From Escherichia phage vB_EcoM-101112UKE3-1, in the sequence record MZ234013.1: 64,000 nucleotides of DNA. The stretch is one strand, 5' to 3'. Within the stretch, counting starts at the first letter, position 1, and the number at the start of each line of letters is the position of its first letter. A model generated the notes under the pieces. That model made no database searches, had not been told where the DNA came from, and saw nothing but the letters and a program-made list of their open reading frames with translations. This document shows, piece by piece, positions 59,284-64,000 of the stretch. Position numbers and translations under genes: made by a program.

Positions 59284-59312
59284 GTTTACTTCTGCTTTAA
59301 ACATGATACTAT
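59284..59312 (+). promoter_or_regulatory. T4 early-type promoter for motA
   Basis: GTTTAC 59284-59289, TACTAT 59307-59312 (17-bp spacer). Confidence 0.6.
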
Positions 59313-59349
59313 AGACCTATCAAATAAATGAACTGAAACGGAGATTAAA

Positions 59350-59985
59350 ATGTCTAAAGTAACTTACATCATCAAAGCTTCTAACGATGTTCTGAATGAA
59401 AAAACTGCTGCGATTTTAATTACCATTGCTAAGAAAGATTTCATTACAGCTGCAGAAGTTCGTGAGGTGCATCCAGATTTAGGTAACGCAGTAGTTAATA
59501 GTAATATTGGGGTATTGATTAAAAAAGGCCTGGTGGAGAAATCTGGTGATGGATTAATCATTACAGGTGAAGCTCAAGATATTATTTCAAACGCAGCAAC
59601 TTTATACGCGCAGGAAAATGCTCCGGAACTACTGAAAAAACGAGCAACTCGTAAAGCTCGTGAGATTACTTCTGATATGGAAGAAGATAAAGACCTCATG
59701 TTAAAACTTTTAGATGAAAATGGATTTGTTCTTAAAAAGGTTGAAACTTATCGTAGTAATTATCTTGCCATTTTAGAAAAACGCACTCACGGAATTCGTA
59801 ATTTTGAAATTAACAATAATGGAAATATGCGAATTTTTGGATACAAAATGATGGAACATCATATTCAGAAATTTACTGATATCGGAATGTCATGTAAAAT
59901 CGCTAAAAACGGTAATGTGTATCTTGACATTAAACGCTCGGCAGAAAACATTGAAGCTGTAATCACTGTAGCATCTGAACTGTGA
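59350..59985 (+). CDS. motA: middle-transcription activator MotA
   Basis: 211 aa; N-terminus MSKVTYIIKASNDVLNEKTAAILITIAKKDF matches recalled T4 MotA. Confidence 0.95.
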   Translation: MSKVTYIIKASNDVLNEKTAAILITIAKKDFITAAEVREVHPDLGNAVVNSNIGVLIKKGLVEKSGDGLIITGEAQDIISNAATLYAQENAPELLKKRATRKAREITSDMEEDKDLMLKLLDENGFVLKKVETYRSNYLAILEKRTHGIRNFEINNNGNMRIFGYKMMEHHIQKFTDIGMSCKIAKNGNVYLDIKRSAENIEAVITVASEL

Positions 59986-59995
59986 GGAATAAATA

Positions 59996-60325
59996 ATGAA
60001 CAAGTTAGAAATTGTCAATGAACTTCGTCGTTGTGTAGAACCTACTCAAGAGGGTTGGGACATCTGGTACCATGGAGCTTATCTTGGAACTATCGTAAAG
60101 ATTAAGACTGGTAAATACATGATTATTCGTGAAAGTAAAGATGCTCCAGTAGGTATTCGCAATAATTTTATGGCAGCGATAAGTTCATTTACGGATGCAG
60201 CTTACGAAATTTACCTTGCTGATTATAAAGAATTTCAGGAATCTCAACCAGTTATTCGTTCAATTGGTGTTAACAAAGCTCAACAGAAAACTTTATGGCA
60301 ACGTATTAAAGGATGGTTTAAATGA
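59996..60325 (+). CDS. hypothetical protein (109 aa)
   Basis: ORF track. Confidence 0.45.
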   Translation: MNKLEIVNELRRCVEPTQEGWDIWYHGAYLGTIVKIKTGKYMIIRESKDAPVGIRNNFMAAISSFTDAAYEIYLADYKEFQESQPVIRSIGVNKAQQKTLWQRIKGWFK

Positions 60326-60783
60326 ACCCATTTATTAATCGTTTAAAAATGCTGAATGTTCCTTTATGTCGTGAAACTCCAGAAAGTCTTGTTGAAAAAT
60401 TTAAAGCGCATGGTTATAAATGCACAGAAGAAGATATTCTAAAAGAAGTTCCTGAAATCTGTTGGCAGACCGCATACTGGGATGAAAACCAAAAGTATCA
60501 ACGACGAATTGTTTGTGCCGCCAACCGTTTTAAATTAAAAGATGGACGAACTCTTGTTATTCCAGGTGCTCGTCATTATTCTAAAGATATGGCAGAAGTT
60601 TTAGATGTAGTTAAACCCCAATTAGTTACTCAGCAAGTTTGTGATGATGACCAAGGGTTTATTGATCAGTATAGCAATTACTGGACACGTGAAGAAGCAA
60701 TGATTATTGCAACTTACGCCGGACAAGTACGTATTGAACGTGGTGGTAGTGAAAAAGAACTTTACTCTGAGGACCTTTACTAA
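60322..60783 (+). CDS. hypothetical protein (153 aa)
   Basis: ORF track; ATGA overlap. Confidence 0.45.
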   Translation: MNPFINRLKMLNVPLCRETPESLVEKFKAHGYKCTEEDILKEVPEICWQTAYWDENQKYQRRIVCAANRFKLKDGRTLVIPGARHYSKDMAEVLDVVKPQLVTQQVCDDDQGFIDQYSNYWTREEAMIIATYAGQVRIERGGSEKELYSEDLY

Positions 60784-61079
60784 TGAATATTAAAAAGTTT
60801 CAAATTGATGGAATTAAGAATCAAATCCAGGCGTTGGAATATGCCAATAAAATGATGTCAACTAATTGGGGAATTTATGCCAATGAACCGGCATTTCAGT
60901 TCTGTGATATGGAATTCACCAAAAAGCTCGTAGGAAAAGATTATGTATGTCCATTTAGTTCTCCAGTAAATGGAATGTTAAAACCTGCTTTACGCGATCT
61001 TTATATTGCGATGAACGAAGAAATGATAAAAGAACTAAAACGTCAACTGAAGGTGATTCAATTTGGCCAGGGAAATTAA
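60783..61079 (+). CDS. hypothetical protein (98 aa)
   Basis: ORF track. Confidence 0.4.
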   Translation: MNIKKFQIDGIKNQIQALEYANKMMSTNWGIYANEPAFQFCDMEFTKKLVGKDYVCPFSSPVNGMLKPALRDLYIAMNEEMIKELKRQLKVIQFGQGN

Positions 61080-61281
61080 TTCAAAATCCGATTATTTTAA
61101 TTCTCTCAATGATAAAGATAAAAATCTAATAAGACATTTTATTGTTGAGATGGGATATACTGACACACGCGATTTAAGAGAACATATATTTGAATGTGGT
61201 GTAGCTAAAAAGTTTTCATTCACGTGCAAATGTTTGAGAGAGGTAATTCAGCACTATGAACAATTTAGTCGCAAAACATAA
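61063..61281 (+). CDS. hypothetical protein (72 aa)
   Basis: ORF track; overlaps upstream ORF by 17 nt. Confidence 0.35.
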   Translation: MAREINSKSDYFNSLNDKDKNLIRHFIVEMGYTDTRDLREHIFECGVAKKFSFTCKCLREVIQHYEQFSRKT

Positions 61282-61364
61282 TTTTAATAGAGCTTCTGTC
61301 CATAAAGATAAGAAGAAAGCGTTTAAAGAATCTAATCGCAAACAGAAACATAAGGGGAAGGTTT

Positions 61365-61643
61365 ATGATTATTGATTCTCAGTCTGTGGTTCAATATACA
61401 ATCAAAATTGATATTCTAGAAAAGCTATATAAGTTTCTACCAAATTTATACCACTCAATTGTCGATGAATTAGTTGAAGAACTACATCTTGAAAATAATG
61501 ATTTCTTGGTTGGAACTTATAAAGATAACTCAAAGGCGGGATATTTTTACGTAATTCCAGCTCCAGGAAAAAGTATTGATGATGTATTAAAAACTATAAT
61601 GATTTATATCCATGATTACGAAATTGAAGATTATTTTGAATGA
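61365..61643 (+). CDS. arn: Arn (anti-restriction, McrBC inhibitor; acidic DNA mimic)
   Basis: 92 aa, strongly acidic; position two ORFs upstream of asiA. Confidence 0.75.
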   Translation: MIIDSQSVVQYTIKIDILEKLYKFLPNLYHSIVDELVEELHLENNDFLVGTYKDNSKAGYFYVIPAPGKSIDDVLKTIMIYIHDYEIEDYFE

Positions 61644-61792
61644 GTCATAATCTTGAAAAGGTAATCGAGCATAATGTAGCTCAGGAACGTGAGTCGTTCA
61701 AGGAATTCGTAGAAAAAATTTTTGAAGAAAATAACACAGACCAGTTTACAAATCAAGCGTCTGATGATATTATAACAAAGTCAACTAATTGA
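61640..61792 (+). CDS. hypothetical small protein (50 aa)
   Basis: ATGA overlap with arn stop. Confidence 0.3.
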   Translation: MSHNLEKVIEHNVAQERESFKEFVEKIFEENNTDQFTNQASDDIITKSTN

Positions 61793-61804
61793 GTGGTATA
61801 GTTA

Positions 61805-62077
61805 ATGAATAAAAACATTGATACAGTTCGTGAAATTATTACTGTTGCATCTATTTTGATTAAATTTTCTAGAGAAGATATTGTTGAAAATCGTGCTAAT
61901 TTTATTGCATTTCTGAATGAGATTGGAGTAACGCATGAAGGTAGAAAGTTAAATCAGAATTCATTCCGTAAAATTGTTTCTGAATTAACTCAAGAAGATA
62001 AGAAAACCCTCATCGACGAATTCAACGAGGGTTTTGAGGGTGTATATCGATATCTAGAGATGTATACAAACAAATAA
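61805..62077 (+). CDS. asiA: anti-sigma70 factor AsiA
   Basis: 90 aa; sequence MNKNIDTVREIITVASILIKFSREDIVENRANF matches recalled T4 AsiA. Confidence 0.95.
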   Translation: MNKNIDTVREIITVASILIKFSREDIVENRANFIAFLNEIGVTHEGRKLNQNSFRKIVSELTQEDKKTLIDEFNEGFEGVYRYLEMYTNK

Positions 62078-62734
62078 TTATTTAGCCCTTCCTAATATTC
62101 TGGCCGCCTGAGAACATATTGATTCAAGGCGGTCATTACTTATATGATCATTTCTATACCAGTACATGGTTATTGTTCCAGCATAGATATTATCCAAATT
62201 GAAATATGGACAACTGTACATGTAATTTATTTCGGGAGTAGGCTTTTTGGTTGGTAAAAAAGCAAATTTTGAGTCGGAATAATAATGACGTCCATTTAAA
62301 TGAACTGTATATTCATCCATAGTTTTATCAACAGGATATCCTCCAAGTGATTTTTCACTTATTGTTGAAGGTAATTTTCCTTCATATGCTATAATATCAA
62401 CAAAGTAGTTTAAGTTTTTAGGGCGGAAAGAATACACCGCACTAAAGTCTGCCTCAGATGATATATGAACTATCTGGAGTTGTTCCAGGGCGACAGATTC
62501 AAAGCGTGCATTTCTTTCCTTTTCAATAATTTCACTGTATGTTTCATACTTTGATTGCTTATAGTACTCAAAGAAACTATCTCCCCTATACCAAACAATC
62601 GCCATTATAAACAAAAGAATTACGACAGCCACTCGGGAAGCAAGAACCTTCCCGGTAGCGTTATCTTTGAACAAGCGATCTAGAACACCAAATAGAATAT
62701 CAGAGGGCGAAAATGATATTCTAGGTGCTGCCAT
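62078..62734 (-). CDS. t: holin T
   Basis: 218 aa on minus strand; strong SD AAGGAGG; single N-proximal TM segment; stop abuts asiA stop. Confidence 0.9.
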   Translation of the reverse strand: MAAPRISFSPSDILFGVLDRLFKDNATGKVLASRVAVVILLFIMAIVWYRGDSFFEYYKQSKYETYSEIIEKERNARFESVALEQLQIVHISSEADFSAVYSFRPKNLNYFVDIIAYEGKLPSTISEKSLGGYPVDKTMDEYTVHLNGRHYYSDSKFAFLPTKKPTPEINYMYSCPYFNLDNIYAGTITMYWYRNDHISNDRLESICSQAARILGRAK

Positions 62735-62764
62735 AGACCCTCCTTTTAAGGATATTTATTCAAA

Positions 62765-63544
62765 TTATACTCTTGGACCGTATATTGCTCCAACATTTTG
62801 CCATGTTGGAGCGGACCCTATGACAGCATAACCAGCAGCTCCGCCGTTATATTCTGCACCGTTACCATGAGTATTACATCTTCCTCCAGCAGCACCAACG
62901 TTACCGCCCGCACCGCCTGTATATGCACTAAGAGACCCATTACCGACAGATCCTGCACCCGGAGCGTAAATGGTGCCAGCGGTTGCGCCTGTATTCATAC
63001 CAATAGATCCGCCAGGTGCACCAAACGGACGCCCACCGCCGCCGCCAAATACTAGTCGACCCCTGTTACCGCCGCCACCGCCGCCACCGCCGCCTGCAAT
63101 AGCTCCACCATTATTAATTCTTAGTCTCCCACCAATATCGTTTTGAATACAATGACCTCCAGCTGAGCCAGGACTATCCATACCGCCATTACCGCCACGT
63201 CCATACATCGTTACGCCGTGTATATTCAGCTGAACATATTCATTCGGTGTATCTCCATACATGAAGAATAAAGGAACATCTCTAGAATATGATACTAAAT
63301 CACCTGTAATATTAAACACTATAGGTGCATTACCTGCCTCAAAACATCTATCTCGGAACCATTGACCATTGAAGTTATGGTCTGCTCCAAGCGTGTGAAT
63401 AATTTCTCGTGAGCGACCTGCAAATTGACTCATCCAGCAAGGAACACCCAATCTTAATTGACCAGCCGCTTGACTCATCCAGCGCTGACCCGTTTCATTT
63501 ACGGATGAACTTCCAATCCAACCGGGAACACCAACTACTGCCAT
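62765..63544 (-). CDS. 38: long tail fiber adhesin gp38 (T2-type)
   Basis: 259 aa from ATG (complement 63542-63544; track ORF starts at TTG 63556); glycine-rich motifs including a 9-Gly run. Confidence 0.85.
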   Translation of the reverse strand: MAVVGVPGWIGSSSVNETGQRWMSQAAGQLRLGVPCWMSQFAGRSREIIHTLGADHNFNGQWFRDRCFEAGNAPIVFNITGDLVSYSRDVPLFFMYGDTPNEYVQLNIHGVTMYGRGGNGGMDSPGSAGGHCIQNDIGGRLRINNGGAIAGGGGGGGGGNRGRLVFGGGGGRPFGAPGGSIGMNTGATAGTIYAPGAGSVGNGSLSAYTGGAGGNVGAAGGRCNTHGNGAEYNGGAAGYAVIGSAPTWQNVGAIYGPRV

Positions 63545-63555
63545 AATTATCTCCA

Positions 63556-63572
63556 AAGGGGCAAAGCCCCTT
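63556..63572 (-). other. stem-loop in the gene 37-38 intergenic region
   Basis: AAGGGGC-AAA-GCCCCTT between gene 37 stop and gene 38 SD. Confidence 0.45.
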
Positions 63573-63576
63573 GTTG

Positions 63577-64000
63577 TTAGAATTTAAAATAATTACTAAT
63601 TTTGCGAGCAATTTTAGTGAAGAAAGGCGTTTTTAATTCTTTAATTTCTTCGCTCATTTCTTGGATAGCCTTAATTAAAAGAGCATTTACAGCGGAGTTA
63701 GAAATTGTCAGAACATCAGAACCATCAACTTCAACTTTAGACACAGCTTCCGGTAATTCCTTTTCAAGGTCCTGAGCAATAATACCAACTTCGCGTTTAA
63801 TAACACTACGGTCTTTAATAGACTTAACCTTATCGTAAATATAAACTTTCAGTCGGCATACTTTTTCAAGTGCTCCGTTTTCTAGCTCTTTTTTATTAAT
63901 CTTAAGACGACCATCGGAACGAATATACACATCGTTAAAGTTACCATTACCAGGAGAATAGAAAGTACCGTCGTAATGAAATTCAAATACCGCGTTAGGG
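63577..64000 (-). CDS. 37: long tail fiber distal subunit gp37, 3' end (partial)
   Basis: Minus-strand frame open from window edge to stop at 63577-63579; lies upstream of 38 and t as in T-even phages. Confidence 0.8.
   Translation of the reverse strand, partial: PNAVFEFHYDGTFYSPGNGNFNDVYIRSDGRLKINKKELENGALEKVCRLKVYIYDKVKSIKDRSVIKREVGIIAQDLEKELPEAVSKVEVDGSDVLTISNSAVNALLIKAIQEMSEEIKELKTPFFTKIARKISNYFKF

Noticed and set aside
62940-63130. GC-rich repetitive island as a mobile or non-coding repeat
   Set aside because: It encodes the glycine-rich motifs of gp38 in frame on the minus strand; it is coding low-complexity sequence.

Overview
This window is a ~64-kb slice of a T-even (T4-like) coliphage genome, read antiparallel to the conventional T4 map. 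Calls rest on reading the translations (motifs, lengths, gene order) against recalled T4 biology; no database search was run. On the + strand it runs from the nrdC-distal ORF block through nrdC, 49, nrdD, nrdG, an nrdH-like glutaredoxin, 55, alpha-gt, 47/46, rpbA, the 45-44-62-regA-43 replisome block, imm, 42, uvsX-40-41, dmd/sp/61, dam, 56, soc, modB/modA, dda, dexA, 39, rIIA/rIIB, denB, ndd-stp-ac, 52, motA, arn and asiA. The holin t, gene 38 and the 3' end of gene 37 converge on the - strand. Lineage markers point to a T2/T6-type phage rather than T4 itself: an uninterrupted 605-aa gene 39, intron-less nrdD, a DxD-type glycosyltransferase where T4 has beta-gt, and a Gly-rich gp38 adhesin. 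Most of the window is ordinary conserved T-even early/replication content, and I found no clear undescribed multi-gene system. The items most worth a second look are a PD-(D/E)xK-like ORF translationally coupled to dam with a convergent small membrane ORF beside it, an HNH homing-endonuclease-like ORF between 47 and 46 with a duplicated 5' segment, a perfect 55-bp tandem duplication near ndd, recurrent near-identical early promoter-leader cassettes, and several small-ORF clusters with no recognisable motifs.
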